NCBI GenBank assembly: GCA_964016885.1
Contig: OZ024740.1
Location: forward strand, 278,752,001-278,816,000
Length of the DNA: 64,000 bases
Direction: 5' to 3'
Source: Eledone cirrhosa
Lineage: Eukaryota
Under the pieces are notes generated by a model, which did not search any database, was not told where the DNA came from, and saw only the letters and a program-made list of their open reading frames with translations. This document shows, one piece after another, positions 14,726-29,708 of the stretch (positions are counted from its first letter, which is position 1; each line of letters starts with the position of its first letter). A program made the position numbers and the translations under genes.

Positions 14726-14765
14726 GCTGCTGATGATAGCTAATAAGCTTGAAACTAGTTCATCG
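14725..14765 (+). ncRNA. Minimal hammerhead ribozyme, family A (GUU variant, one stem I mismatch)
   Basis: CGCTG-CTGATGA-T-AGCT-AATA-AGCT-T-GAAA-CTAG-T-T-CATCG. Confidence 0.7.
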
Positions 14766-15271
14766 TCCCTTTGTCAGTGTTGAACAAAAGGGCGACGATG
14801 GTTGCCGAACACTGTACGGCTTAATTCGGGCTGTTTGTTTACAAAGAAACCGAACATTATAATAAATGTTCGGTAAACCCATACGTACATATATATATAT
14901 ATATATGTGTGCATGTATGTATATATATACATACTACTGTACGTCTGTATACATATATGTATGTACGTATACATACTTATATTTAAGTATCAGCCGTACT
15001 AAGAGTGAGAAATTTCATTTCATTTCATTCTTTTCCATGTGTATATATATATATATATATGTAAGTATGTATGTATACGTACATACATATATGTATACAG
15101 ACGTACAGTAGTATCTATATGTATACATACATGTACACATATATATATGTACGTATTGGTTTACCGAACATTTATTATAATGTTCGGTTTCTTTGTAAAC
15201 AAACAGCCCGAATTAAGCCGTACAGTGTTTAGCAACCATCGTTGCCCTTTTGTTCAACACTGACAAAGGAA

Positions 15272-15312
15272 CGATGTACTAGTTTCAAGCTTATTAGCTA
15301 TCGTCAGCATCG
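15272..15312 (-). ncRNA. Minimal hammerhead ribozyme, family A (intact core)
   Basis: Minus strand: CGATG-CTGACGA-T-AGCT-AATA-AGCT-T-GAAA-CTAG-T-A-CATCG. Confidence 0.85.
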
Positions 15313-15746
15313 TATACCTTCCTGCCAGATAATTGAACGTCTGAAAGTATATACTTTCCTTATGCATATTAACGGCTGAGAAGCCTAATTTGCATATCGA
15401 ATTTGCATATTTCGGGCTGTTTGTTTACAAACAAACCGAACATTATAATAAATGTTCGGTAAACCGATACGTACATATATATATGTGTGTACATGTATGT
15501 ATATATATATACATACTACTGTACCTCTGTATACATATATGTATGTACGTTTACATACATACTTACATTTAAGTAACTGCCGTACTAAGAGTGAGAAATG
15601 AAATTTCGTTTCATTTTTTCCATTTATCGTTTTCGGTACCCTGGCCGACTAAACTCACTCGATATGCAAATTAGGCTGCTCAGCCGTTAATATGCATAAG
15701 GAAAGTATATACTTTCAGACGTTCAATTATCTGGCAGGAAGGTATT

Positions 15747-15787
15747 CGATGCTGACGATAGCTAATAAGCTTGAAACTAGTACATCG
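15747..15787 (+). ncRNA. Minimal hammerhead ribozyme, family A (intact core; predicted cut after 15782)
   Basis: Stem I CGATG/CATCG, core CTGACGA, stem II AGCT/AGCT, GAAA, palindromic stem III ACTAGT, GUA triplet. Confidence 0.85.
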
Positions 15788-16053
15788 TTCCTTTGTCAGT
15801 GTTGAACAAAAGGGCAACGATGGTTGCTCAACACTGTACGGCATAATTCGTCTGTTTGTTTACAAACAAACCGAACATTATAATAAATGTTCGGTAAACC
15901 GATACGTACATATATATATATGTACATGTATGTATATATATACATACTACTGTACGTCTGTATACATATATGTATGTACGTATACATACATACTTACATT
16001 TAACTAACTGCCGTACTAAGAGTGAGAAATGAAATTTCGTTTCATTTTTTTCC

Positions 16054-16114
<61 letters not shown>

Positions 16115-16116
<2 letters not shown>

Positions 16117-16420
16117 AGGAAAAAAGATGAAAACGAAAATGCAACTGGAGTCTTTTTTTTTAAATATATTTATTTGTTTCCTTTACCGGTTTCGCAGTTC
16201 TTGTGATTTTCAAAAGTAGAATTGATGTGAGAAAAACCACAAACCCTTCATCTCAATTCTACTTTTGTAAAGCACAAGACCTGTGAAACCGGTAAAGGAA
16301 CCAAATAAATATTTTTTTTTTTAAAAGGCTCCACTTGCATTTTCGATTTCATCTTTTTTCCTTATACTTTCACTCGTCTTATTCATTTTGTAAAAAAGCC
16401 TCACTCTCTAATGTATATAT
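16115..16420. mobile_element. Solo PLE-type pLTR foldback (~115-bp inverted arms) with U3-A8 hammerhead variant
   Basis: 16115-16230 is the imperfect reverse complement of 16248-16364. Arm consensus CTT-TTGAAAA-GCA..TGC-GAAA-CCGG-T-A-AAG. Follows a (TA)n tract. Confidence 0.65.
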
Positions 16421-16648
16421 AAATCAGCAACGCTTTTACTAGTTGCAGTCATTAAACAACATCCATGCTGGGACACCACCACGAAAAGATTTACTCTATC
16501 ATACGACCTCAAAACCCATTAAATTTGGTACTTATTTTAACGTTCTTTATTTCTTAAACCGCTGTAGTACATGACATAAAAAATCCTGTAAATGTAAACA
16601 CACGCATGGACAGATATACTCATATACATATATATATACATATATGTG

Positions 16649-16722
<74 letters not shown>

Positions 16723-16775
16723 TAAATGTAAACACACACATGCACAAACACTCATATATATATACACACACACAC

Positions 16776-16932
<157 letters not shown>

Positions 16933-17171
16933 ATTACATAACTAAGCATTCTAACCATCCTGCCAGCATAACCAAGAACCTGGAAAGAAACGTTTCTTTG
17001 AGGCTTTCCCGTCTATCTACTAACGAGCATATTTTCAACGACCATTCCACATATTACAATTAAACTCTTGCTAGGAGTGGATTTGTCGATAAGGTAGCAT
17101 ATACAGAGTACGAGAATAGACCTAGAAGAAATAGATCCCGACGCATTATATGGTATAACCCACCATATAAT

Positions 17172-17822
17172 ATGGAGGTGGCCACACCATTAGCTAAGAT
17201 CTTTCTCTCCCTTATTATGAAGCATTTTGCCCCAACACATAAATATAGTAAAATTTTTAATAGAAATACCATTAAAATTTCTTACTCTACGACTCCTAAC
17301 CTTGCATATAACATCACAGCTTCAAATTTAGCTAAACTACCTAGCCGTAGGAACACGTGCAACCCTGTAGCTAGTACTAACTGTAATTGTAGGAATCGGG
17401 TTGACTGCCCCCTATCCGGGAAATGCCTCTCTAGTAACATTATCTACAAATCTAAGGTTGAAACATCCACGTCCCGTAGGGCCTACATTGGGTTAACCGC
17501 CAATAGATTCAAGCAGCGTCTTTACATGCATAGCCATTCTTTTCTTAACCCTTTAAGAAGGAATATGACGTCACTTTCAGCTTATATCTGGAGTCTAAAA
17601 GACAACCACACCCAATATAAGTTACACTGGGAGATCCTAGTTAGGGCTAGATCGTATAACGGAAATAAAAGACCATGTGACCTCTGCGCCGCTGAGGCCC
17701 TGGAAATACTCTACGCCAAAGACCACATCTTAAACAAAAAATCTGAGGCAATTTCAACTTGTAAACATAAATTGCACAAAACTTTCCTGTATTACAGCTC
17801 CATATTATACGCTAACGGATAG
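17172..17822 (+). CDS. PLE C-terminal GIY-YIG endonuclease ORF fragment
   Basis: IIY..YIG motif, RFKQRLYMH, Cys-rich linker CNC..CPL..C and CDLC. Confidence 0.85.
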   Translation: MEVATPLAKIFLSLIMKHFAPTHKYSKIFNRNTIKISYSTTPNLAYNITASNLAKLPSRRNTCNPVASTNCNCRNRVDCPLSGKCLSSNIIYKSKVETSTSRRAYIGLTANRFKQRLYMHSHSFLNPLRRNMTSLSAYIWSLKDNHTQYKLHWEILVRARSYNGNKRPCDLCAAEALEILYAKDHILNKKSEAISTCKHKLHKTFLYYSSILYANG

Positions 17823-18867
17823 TACGAGCTATACGCGGATATTTTACGTCTTGATGTGGTAGCTAAGTGTATGTTATTTTTATACCATTACTTATTTGTA
17901 TAGGTAAGTATATATTACCTGTATCTTTTGTGAAGGTACGTATACTTTCTCGTACGCATATTTGTTTGTATATGTTATGGCGTATATATTATATATTCTG
18001 GTACATATGCATTTGGTTATGTGTATACGCGAGTTTTGCGTCTGTGTGCGTATGCGGGTTCGTACGTATGTAGGGTGTGTATATATGTGTACTTTGTGTT
18101 TTGGTTGACGTACGTCTCCGAACATATGTGTATTTACATGTAGGTATGTGTGTGCCCGCGTTATATACGTATTTATTTATTTATATACGTTTATTTAATT
18201 ATATGTATACACGCACAAACACACACATATATATATATTTTTTTTAATATATATTTTTATGTGTATTTTATATATATTTTTATGGTGTATACATTCGTAT
18301 GTGTGCGAGTACAGGCGTTGCGTGGGTTCTGTCTGTGCGTGTGGGGTTTTTTGTGTACATGCTTGTATTTATATACCTATGGCGAGTGTTTTCGCGTATG
18401 CTTGTGTATGTACGTATATGGATGCGTGTATGTATTTATTTTATTTCAATTACCTGTATTTTATTTACTTTATTCTTAACTCTGAAGCCGAGAATCATTC
18501 GGTTTCCTAGTTAGAATTTTAGTCTACGACTTCAGTTATACCATTTACGTGGTTTTGTCTTTGCGTGCAATTGTTCTTCCGCGCCACATAATGACGTATT
18601 ATCTTCGTTTTTTCCGTTCATTACCAGAGAACGTCTCCATGAACCACCTAATAGAATATTAGTCTACGACTTCTTTTATACCATAAACGTGGTTTTGTCT
18701 TTGCGTGTAATTGTTTTTCACCGCTCCAAATAATGACGTATTATCTTCGTTTTTTCCCGTTCTTTGCCATGGAACGTTTCCACGAACCAAAGTATCGTCT
18801 TCCTGTCTTCCTCCGGTTGCAACCTTTTTTGAAATATTTACTTCTGCGTTCACAGATTGACATTTTT

Positions 18868-18918
18868 AGTTTCAGAAGATCCCGTTAAGGGTGAAAGCAG
18901 CGATTCTTTGCTTAAACT
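18868..18918 (+). ncRNA. Variant hammerhead in PLE 3' end (core CAGAAGA, CUU triplet)
   Basis: AGTTT-CAGAAGA-T-CCC..GGG-T-GAAA-GCA..TGC-T-T-AAACT. Identical in the minus-strand copy at ~49691-49741. Confidence 0.55.
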
Positions 18919-19021
18919 TTAATCTGTTATTTTAATAAATATTTGCTCTACGGTTCTTATATATTTGATATATATTTATCCTTATCGAGCCCTCTTTGGA
19001 TTTTATCTAATTTATTATTAT

Positions 19022-19931
<910 letters not shown>

Positions 19932-20182
19932 TATGTCTGTCCATGTGTGTGTTTACATTTACAGGATTTTTATGTCGTGTGCTATAGCGGTTTGAAAAAT
20001 AAAAAGCGTTAAAATACGTAGCAAATTTAATGGATTTTGAGGTCGTATGATAGAGTAAATCTTTTCGTGGTGGTGTCCCAGCATGGATATTATCTAATGA
20101 CTGCAACGAGTAAAAGAGTTGATGATATATATATATATATATATATATAGTTAAAAGAATAGAGGTGTAACACACAAGTTAT

Positions 20183-21802
20183 TATATATTGGTAAACGGA
20201 ATAGAAAATGCTGACAAATTGTTCACAGTTGAAAAATGGTTTAATTAGGAATAAAAGAGTATTAGTGATTGTATGGGTTAGTATTCAGTTGTGGTTTTAA
20301 GTTTTTAAGTTTTTACCGGTTGCGCATTTCTAAATGCTTTTCAAAAATAATTTTGAGATAGAGTGTCCGTGCTGTTTGCTCTGATCTGATTAGTTTTGGG
20401 AATTCTACCTGTTTTTATGTTAAAAAAATGGCTCCAGCGTTATTTTTGTGTTGCAAAAATGCTTGTGGTCAAAACAATTTTGATTGGTCGGTAGAGGTCA
20501 TGTGAATGTAAAAAGTTGATTTTGCGCCAAGACTGTTTTTATGTTTTTTTATGGCAACCCCTATATCAGGCGAATGAATTCAGTTGTGTATATTTTTGCA
20601 AGAATGCAAAAACATCACAAATCGAATAGAGTTCTCAACAGAAGGGTTTAAATTAACATAAGCTATTCATCAGTCAATAGAATCAACTAAAAAATCAAGA
20701 AAATTAACTGGTCAATAGCTAGAGTCTGGAGAATAATACAAACATAAATTGGGATGATTTTGGGCGGCACAGGTATCAATGTGTTCACTCAGTAAAAAAA
20801 TGCGATAGACCCAACTGTGGCATTTGCATCAACCTAATAGAGGGTTCGGAATTCTATTTCAAAGATGGACAACGTTTTATAGTAAAACACAATTTCACAT
20901 GTGCATCGGAAAATCTAATATATGTATTAACTTGTTCAGGTTGTCGAGAACAATACATAGGCCAGACCAAAAACAGCCTCCGCCAACGCATGACTGTCCA
21001 TAGATCCCAAATTAAAATACGGGAATACAGGAAAATACCACTGAGTGAACACATTGATACCTGTGCCGCCCAAAATCATCCCAACTTCAGAATCTTTCCC
21101 CTCTACAAATTTAAAGATAATGCCACCCACACCCAGCGCATCAGCAAGGAATCTTACTTCATTAACAAATACGGACCCCGTCTAAACACTTCTCCCTAAG
21201 ACGAACCCACAACATACACACGTCAACATACATACCTACATCAGCACACATCTCTACCCACATATAAACACAATGACACACGTAAACACACATGCTCTAT
21301 GGTGCAATACAAAAAAATATATGTGCATATATGTGTATGTATATATGTATATATATATATATGTAGTGAAAATATATATGTGTGTGTGTGTGTGTGTATA
21401 TATATATAGTGAATATCATTTCACACCTTTTATTGTTAAGATTGTTGATGTTCTATTAAGAGAACCGATTTTACTGAAAAAATCGAATAATGTACACCAT
21501 TTTACCAGGGGGGAAAAAAATACTGGTCCACCCACACACGCACACACACACACACACATATATATACACAAACACATACACACGCGTACATCAACATACA
21601 AAGAGACTTATACACACACACACACACACGCACTTCTCCGTATAAGACAAAAGCTGAAAAATATCTTTTGACCTTCGAATGACTCTGCTGTGTGTATGTA
21701 CGCTCACACACACACACACACACACACACACTTATCTTAATAGCCATTTGACACACATCGCTGGTGGCTATTGTCGCAGCATCGAACACCTTACTACTAC
21801 TA

Positions 21803-21884
<82 letters not shown>

Positions 21885-22360
21885 TTGTTGTGAAAGAGTC
21901 ATTTCTCAATGTTGGCGCAAAACCAATTTTTTATCCACATGACCTCTACCGACCAATCAAAATTGTTTTGACCATAATTTTTGCTGGAGCCACTTTTCTA
22001 ACATTTTAACATAAAAACAGTCTTGGCGCAAAATCAACTTTTTACATTCACATGACCTCTACTGACCAATCAAAATTGTTTTGACCACAAGCATTTTTGC
22101 AACACAAAAATAACGCTGGAGCCATTTTTTTAACATAAAAACAGGTAGAATTCCCAAAACTAATCAGATCAGAGCAAACAGCACGGACACTCTATCTCAA
22201 AATTATTTTTGAAAAGCATTTAGAAATGCGCAACCGGTAAAAACTTAAAAACTTAAAACCACAACTGAATACTAACCCATACAATCACTAATACTCTTTT
22301 ATTCCTAATTAAACCATTTTTCAACTGTGAACAATTTTTCAGCATTTTCTATTCCGTTTA

Positions 22361-22370
<10 letters not shown>
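20183..22370 (+). mobile_element. 5'-truncated Penelope-like element (Neptune-like Cys linker + GIY-YIG) with inverted pLTR
   Basis: Frame 20801-21199: CDRPNCGIC..FTCASENLIYVLTCSGCREQYIGQTKNSLRQRMTVH..KESYFINKYGPRLN. 363-bp inverted arms at 20183-20545 and 22008-22370. Degenerate U3-A8 hammerhead at 22206-22242. Confidence 0.9.
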
Positions 22371-22396
<26 letters not shown>

Positions 22397-22468
22397 GAAG
22401 GTCTAGCAAATAGAGAAAAAGTTTTAAAATAAAAACAAAAAAAATTCGCTGTACTTACTATATGTGCC

Positions 22469-22544
22469 TTTACCGCGGTTTCATGGTCCAGAATAAACGG
22501 AAAATCCAAGCGGATTTCCATTGAGAAGGGACCAATCTTCAGAA
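22469..22544 (-). ncRNA. Hammerhead ribozyme motif (stem I truncated)
   Basis: Minus strand: CTGAAGA-T-TGGTCC..(inner hairpin)..GGACCA-T-GAAA-CCGCGG-T-A. Palindromic stem III ACCGCGGT, only 2 bp of stem I left. In a ~180-bp insert between (TA)n tracts. Confidence 0.65.
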
Positions 22545-22572
22545 TATAAAATTCCCGAGTTCAAATCATAAA

Positions 22573-23636
<1,064 letters not shown>

Positions 23637-24231
23637 TTAATATTTTTTTAAGGCAACGCTTGTAATAACTCTAGTTAAACAGGATATATATTAATAATAA
23701 ATTATCGTTGTAATGTAATTAGATTATGTAATTGTTATTATAAATTATCTTATAAATATTAGTGTAAGGTGTATAAAAATATTTTCAGACTTTTAATATA
23801 AACAACTACAAAAAACAATCAATATTAAATCAATATATTATACATAATAGAAAACATAAAATATACAATACAAAAACAAAATATTTACATACAATTGCAA
23901 TTATCAGTGTATATACATTTTCTTTATATTCCCTGAGCAAATTAATAAGATTTGTTTTTATTGTACATAATTTGATGACTTGTTGGAGTGTATTAAAAGA
24001 TAGCAACAATTTGTGATTAAATTGTTATCTTAAGCAACTCACTTTTTAATAGTTGTTGGCTGAGCGAAATTGTAAAAGCCTATGAGCAAATATAAAAAAA
24101 AATACACAAACAACATTTCCTTGTGTTATTACAACATTAGATAAAATAATTGAGCAATGTCGTTATATTTTGCTCTTATTGCACATTAATAGTGTTTCTA
24201 TTTTTCGGCACAAATCCATTACGGCAGTCCA

Positions 24232-24360
24232 TTACTGGTACTTTATTTTATCGAATTAGTAAGTATGAAAGTCGAAGTTAACCTCGGCAGGATTTGAACT
24301 TAGAATGCAAAGGACCATAACAATACTGCAAAGCATGGTGTCTGACGCTCTACCAATACT
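24232..24360 (-). mobile_element. tRNA-derived SINE, same family as 13619
   Basis: Reverse complement of core and B-box (TACTGGTACTTTATTTTATCG..GGATTTGAACT). A further core fragment lies at 25166-25210. Confidence 0.75.
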
Positions 24361-24753
24361 TGTGTTGAGCTGGTCATTAATTTATGGTGGTCGTGCGTGG
24401 AGTAGAGCAATCGCTAGTTGAAATATTATGAACAAAACATTTTTATTTGCCGAAGAACATATTTTCAATACTGTTTGTGAATGTGACGAAGGAAATACAT
24501 TCTGATATGGAACAGTGTACAAAGTGTGTCTGTGAATAACATAATGTTACCTCATGTTGTTGTCAAGACATAATGGATTTCGTATATCCAGTTAGAAGAT
24601 GAAACCTAGCCATCTCGGATTAGTTATATTTCATGCCATGTCTAAACGTGTTTGAGGATAGCAAAATATGCGCGTTAATTATAATAATTAGTTAATAATA
24701 TTACAAAATATACCTAATTAAACTCTTTGCTTGAAATTTTATCATTCTTCGTT

Positions 24754-24788
<35 letters not shown>

Positions 24789-26224
24789 GGAGAGAGATTT
24801 ATCTAGTCCTTCGCTCAAGATTAATCTATAAGTTTAGATGTTTGCCTTCGTTTAAGTAAATATTACAGTAAGATTTTTAATATAAACAACTACAAAAAAC
24901 AATTAATATTAAAACGAAAAAATTATCAATGATAAAAGAAGCGGATGCAACTTTTTTTTTTATAAAGTTATATTCCTGTTTCTTTAAAGAACATTTCATT
25001 TTTGTTCTATTGTAGGCGAAATAATGCAATGGTTTAATAGGGAAGATATAACTTACGAATTATGTCTCTAACCGTGTAACGCTTTTTAAGTAGATAACTA
25101 CAATTGAAAATACTAAAGAAATGGAACCAACAATTCAATTTGAAAGTCGTCTAGTGACAGTGTATTACTGGTACTTTATTTTATCGACCCCGTAACGATG
25201 AAAGGCAAAAATGAAAATGCTTAAAATTTAAATTGCCTTAATTCTATCGTCTGCTGTTTCATTAAAGGGAGATTATCGTCTGTATTTAATTCTATCGTCT
25301 ACTGTTCCACTAAACAGATATACCTCCACTATCGTCTCTATTTATACATTTTAACTTATAACTTATACACATTTGATTTGAAATATTTTATCTAGTCCCC
25401 CCTCTCAATATTATGATGATTTCTTTCGAATGAAACAGTTCTAGTCCTGTAGAAACCATTTATATATATAATTGAACTGAGTTAAAAATTCACAATATTT
25501 ATAATTAAATAAGCTCATATATATATGTGTGTATTTATCTGTTTATTGTATTATATATAATGTGTGTATATACAGGATGTCCCCCAAAAATATATACACA
25601 CTTCAACAGCATTCTAATAACTATTGCCTGTACAGGTAATCAAAGTGTCAATCGAATGTTAGTTTCGTGTTTTAACAGTACAAATTTACAATACACACAT
25701 AAAACCAGTGTATATACATACATGAGTGTGTATACACATACATGAATGTGTATATACAATATATATGTATATATATATAGACACATATATTCACGGTGCA
25801 ACGGTACATTAAAATATAGATGCGGGAGAGGGGGGGGGTGTATATATAGGGGCGCTGGGGATAAAGGAGTGTAAAGCGTGTGTAATTGATATATTGAAGG
25901 AGAGGAGCGTGCAGCGATAGAGTAACAAATATATAGAGAGGGGGAGAGATGGTATTGAAGGGGAGGAGTGCAAAGCGAAAGAGTAAGAGATATATATAGA
26001 GACGGAACAGATAGAGAGAAACAGGCGTAAGTAACAGTGGAAGAGATATAGAGAGAGGTACTCTGATTGGTTGAAAATTAGCCAATGACATACGATCACC
26101 ACCACCACGGCTATCCCCGAAAAATTTTTTAAGAAGCTACGCATATATGTTAGAACACGAAAAGTGAACATTCTGTTGTTTCACACTTTTCGTATTCTAA
26201 CAGATATATATATATATATATATA

Positions 26225-26286
<62 letters not shown>

Positions 26287-26305
26287 TATATATATATGCA
26301 TATAT

Positions 26306-26517
26306 ATTTCACGTGTCTATTACTAACAATATATGGATGCCTGTGTGTGTGAGTGTATGTTTATTATATAAACAAGCGTCAATTATGAGTTGGAATAAAT
26401 GTATATACGTGTGTATGCATATGTGTGTATATATTCATATATATATATATACATATGTGCTTGTAAATATAAATATATATATATATATGCATATATATGT
26501 ATATATATATATATGTA

Positions 26518-26595
<78 letters not shown>

Positions 26596-26661
26596 TATAT
26601 ATATATATATATATGCATATATATATATATGCATATATATATATGCATATATATATATATA

Positions 26662-26749
<88 letters not shown>

Positions 26750-26959
26750 TACATATATATATATATACATATATATGCATATATATATATATTTATATTT
26801 ACAAGCACATATGTATATATATATATATGAATATATACACACATATGCATACACACGTATATACATTTGTTCCAACTCATAATTGACGCTTGTTTATATA
26901 ATAAACATACACTCACACACACAGGCATCCATATATTGTTAGTAATAGACACGTGAAAT
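26306..26959. repeat. Foldback: ~215-bp inverted arms around a compound (TA)n centre
   Basis: 26306-26520 is the reverse complement of ~26745-26959. A diverged copy of the arm lies at ~14210-14380. Confidence 0.85.
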
Positions 26960-26989
26960 CTTACTTTGGCAACATAGACTAAAAGAAAC

Positions 26990-27097
<108 letters not shown>

Positions 27098-27399
27098 TAG
27101 AACTGGTGCTCTGAAATAGTGATATATATATATGAATGTATATATAGTGTATTTTGCAATACACAGTATGCTTAATTAAAAGCATTTTAAAGACTATACG
27201 CTATTGCTTTAAAGTAGCGACATTGTCGCTTACTTAAATAGTACGAAACAGCGCTGTCAACTAGTCTCCCACTGTCTGCAGAAAAGCTGAGAAATAATTT
27301 GGTTATGACTGGTTGTTTTTAGGTTTAGATGGTCTGTTCCATACTCGGCAAACATCTGCCGCTGCAGGCAGTATACTGGATGCATTACCATTTGTGTTA

Positions 27400-28610
27400 A
27401 CCTTGGAGTGGTGGAGCTTCTGTGGAAGAAGATCAAGAGACATCGTTCATAATTTCCAGTTCATATCTCTGTTGAAAGCCGAGTCTATTTGAACAAAGAT
27501 ACTTCCGAAGATGTTGGCGTCAGTTGTCAGTTCATGAATTTTCAGACATGTGCAATTGCCGGCAGCTCTATCCACAGTAACCTCCATTTTATGCGATACA
27601 TCGTAGAGGGAGTAGGTAATAAATCCGGCTTTGGTGAGGTTACAATCAATTTAGATCAATCTAAAACTTGACATCGTATCGACCGTCGCTTCTTAGCAGC
27701 TTCCCAGGCTGAAGTCAGTTACGGTCGTATTCTAAACGGTTGGATTACTTCAACTTATTGCGGCGTCTACTCGGTTATCAGACTAAATGGTCGTCTATTG
27801 GAACCGTTTCAAATGCTATGATTGATCTGTCGCGTTTGTCCCATCTCTCATCGCTCTTATACGACTTTTCTCTTATACCATTGTTGCAAAAGTGTTAAGG
27901 ATCATCCCACTCAATCTTGGATGCGGCAGTACAGTATAAGAATAGATGGACGATGTAACCGTCATGGTGTCAGGCACCACAGATTTCGTTGTGGTCGATA
28001 CAATACTAAAGTAATATGTGGTGGTATCAGGAGCATGTAACAACCATAAATTGTCGATGGCCTTGTAACTAGAGAGGCAAGTGTACGCCGACCAGCGTAG
28101 TGATTTATTATGACCGAGGGTTTTATTATGTCGCTTAGAGATTCAGCTGCCGAAATTGAGAGGACTTGAGGTACGTTTTTAAGTACCGCTTGGAGAATTC
28201 ACTGAAAGTGTAGAGGGAGTTGCTTGGCTCCAGTATATTGACTGAAAATTGGGTGCGAATAGGGAGTATGGCCTGAGTACATGGACATACTGACAGCATG
28301 CAAATAGGAGATTATACCTTGGAGAGGGTACCTACCCTTGGTAGTCAGAATAATCCTGAATTTTGGTTATCCCTTGGCTCCAGGTAAATGTCTCTCTGTT
28401 GTGACTAATCTTATCATTTTCCTTTAAACTGTTTTCTTATACTTTTCATGTCCGTTTTAATCATATCGTATATAGTTTTGTAAAACCCCACGTCTATCAC
28501 CATTGTTTTGTAACATGACATTGTTATCTACAGTGAGTAGAAACGAGAATCCAACTCATTTCTTTGTAATTCTCGGTTTTTGTGAATCCTCGTTCCATAA
28601 AGAATAAATG
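27400..28610 (+). pseudogene. Degenerate L1/Tx1-type LINE reverse transcriptase remnant
   Basis: QTCAIAGSSIHSNLHFMRYIV..TINLDQSK resembles the GRSIHDN..LDQSKAFD RT motifs. Many stops. AATAAA at ~28603. Boundaries approximate. Confidence 0.65.
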
Positions 28611-28793
28611 ACTATTTTCAAATCGAGTATTTTATTTATTTGGAAATGGAAGATAGATGCAAAAGATCAACAGATATAATTAACCCCAGACTCTCTAATG
28701 CTGATAGATGTACATTATATTTAACCAGGAAATGTTTAAAAACTACACACATTTCTTTCCAATTATCATCTACAAGAGGATAGCTTTTGCATG

Positions 28794-28823
<30 letters not shown>

Positions 28824-28826
<3 letters not shown>

Positions 28827-29371
28827 GAAAGACGTAGATAAGAAAGTTATGAAAATTGACTTAATTACTAAAATTTCACTCCAACTAATTAGTTTCTGTA
28901 AGGGGATAAATATGGTTACGGAGTGTACCCATAGAGAAGCCTTACGTCATCAGGGAGTCTATTCTCAGCTAAGCTTCCAGGCAATGCGGGGACACTGGGA
29001 ACTTATATAAAAATAATTCAGTGGATGGAAAAAAGCGAGCGGAGCTAGATTCCAAGACACTGAAAAATTCACTGCCTACTTGGTCAAGTGGCAAATTCAA
29101 AAGAATCAATCACGTGACACTGAGGTTAATCAGCTAGGAGTGGGGGTGCTATTAAGACATAGCCTAGCCACTACTATTAATCACAGTAGTAATTTCGGCA
29201 AATTTTGCTCAACAAATAATTTGGAGTTAATTATAAAGAATTAATATATCTACCGACATATGTATACAGATGTATACCTATGTTAGCAAATATATATGTT
29301 TTGTCTTAGTAACTTTGTGGTTCTATGCAAGGGGATGCAGAACAATTATATGAAAGACGTAAATAAGAAAG

Positions 29372-29375
<4 letters not shown>
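28824..29375 (-). mobile_element. Retrozyme-like monomer (525-bp period, 27-bp terminal redundancy) between (TA)n tracts
   Basis: TATGAAAGACGTA(G/A)ATAAGAAAGTTAT at 28824-28850 and 29349-29375. Contains a hammerhead. Non-coding. Confidence 0.75.
28878..28958 (-). ncRNA. Type I hammerhead ribozyme
   Basis: Minus strand: ACTCC-CTGATGA-C-GTAAGG..CCTTAC-A-GAAA-CTAATTAG-T-T-GGAGT. Palindromic stem III, GUU triplet. Confidence 0.85.
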
Positions 29376-29425
<50 letters not shown>

Positions 29426-29522
29426 TGAAGCGAATAACTATGTGTATACTCTATTGAGTACGTTGAGATGCAACCAGTCCTAGCAGTGATACCTATGCTG
29501 AGTCCGTCAACTTCTTATTATT

Positions 29523-29558
<36 letters not shown>

Positions 29559-29563
29559 AACAA

Positions 29564-29638
<75 letters not shown>

Positions 29639-29643
29639 AACAA

Positions 29644-29708
<65 letters not shown>

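Larger units (their letters stand above)
14721..16058. mobile_element. Non-coding hammerhead-bearing repeat, family A, locus 1 (retrozyme-like; +/-/+ partial monomers, ~435-nt period)
   Basis: Segments 14721-15037(+), 15060-15400(-) and 15411-16058(+) are copies of one monomer (CTGTTTGTTTACAAAC at 15417 and 15852). (TA)n on both sides. No real ORF. Confidence 0.85.
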
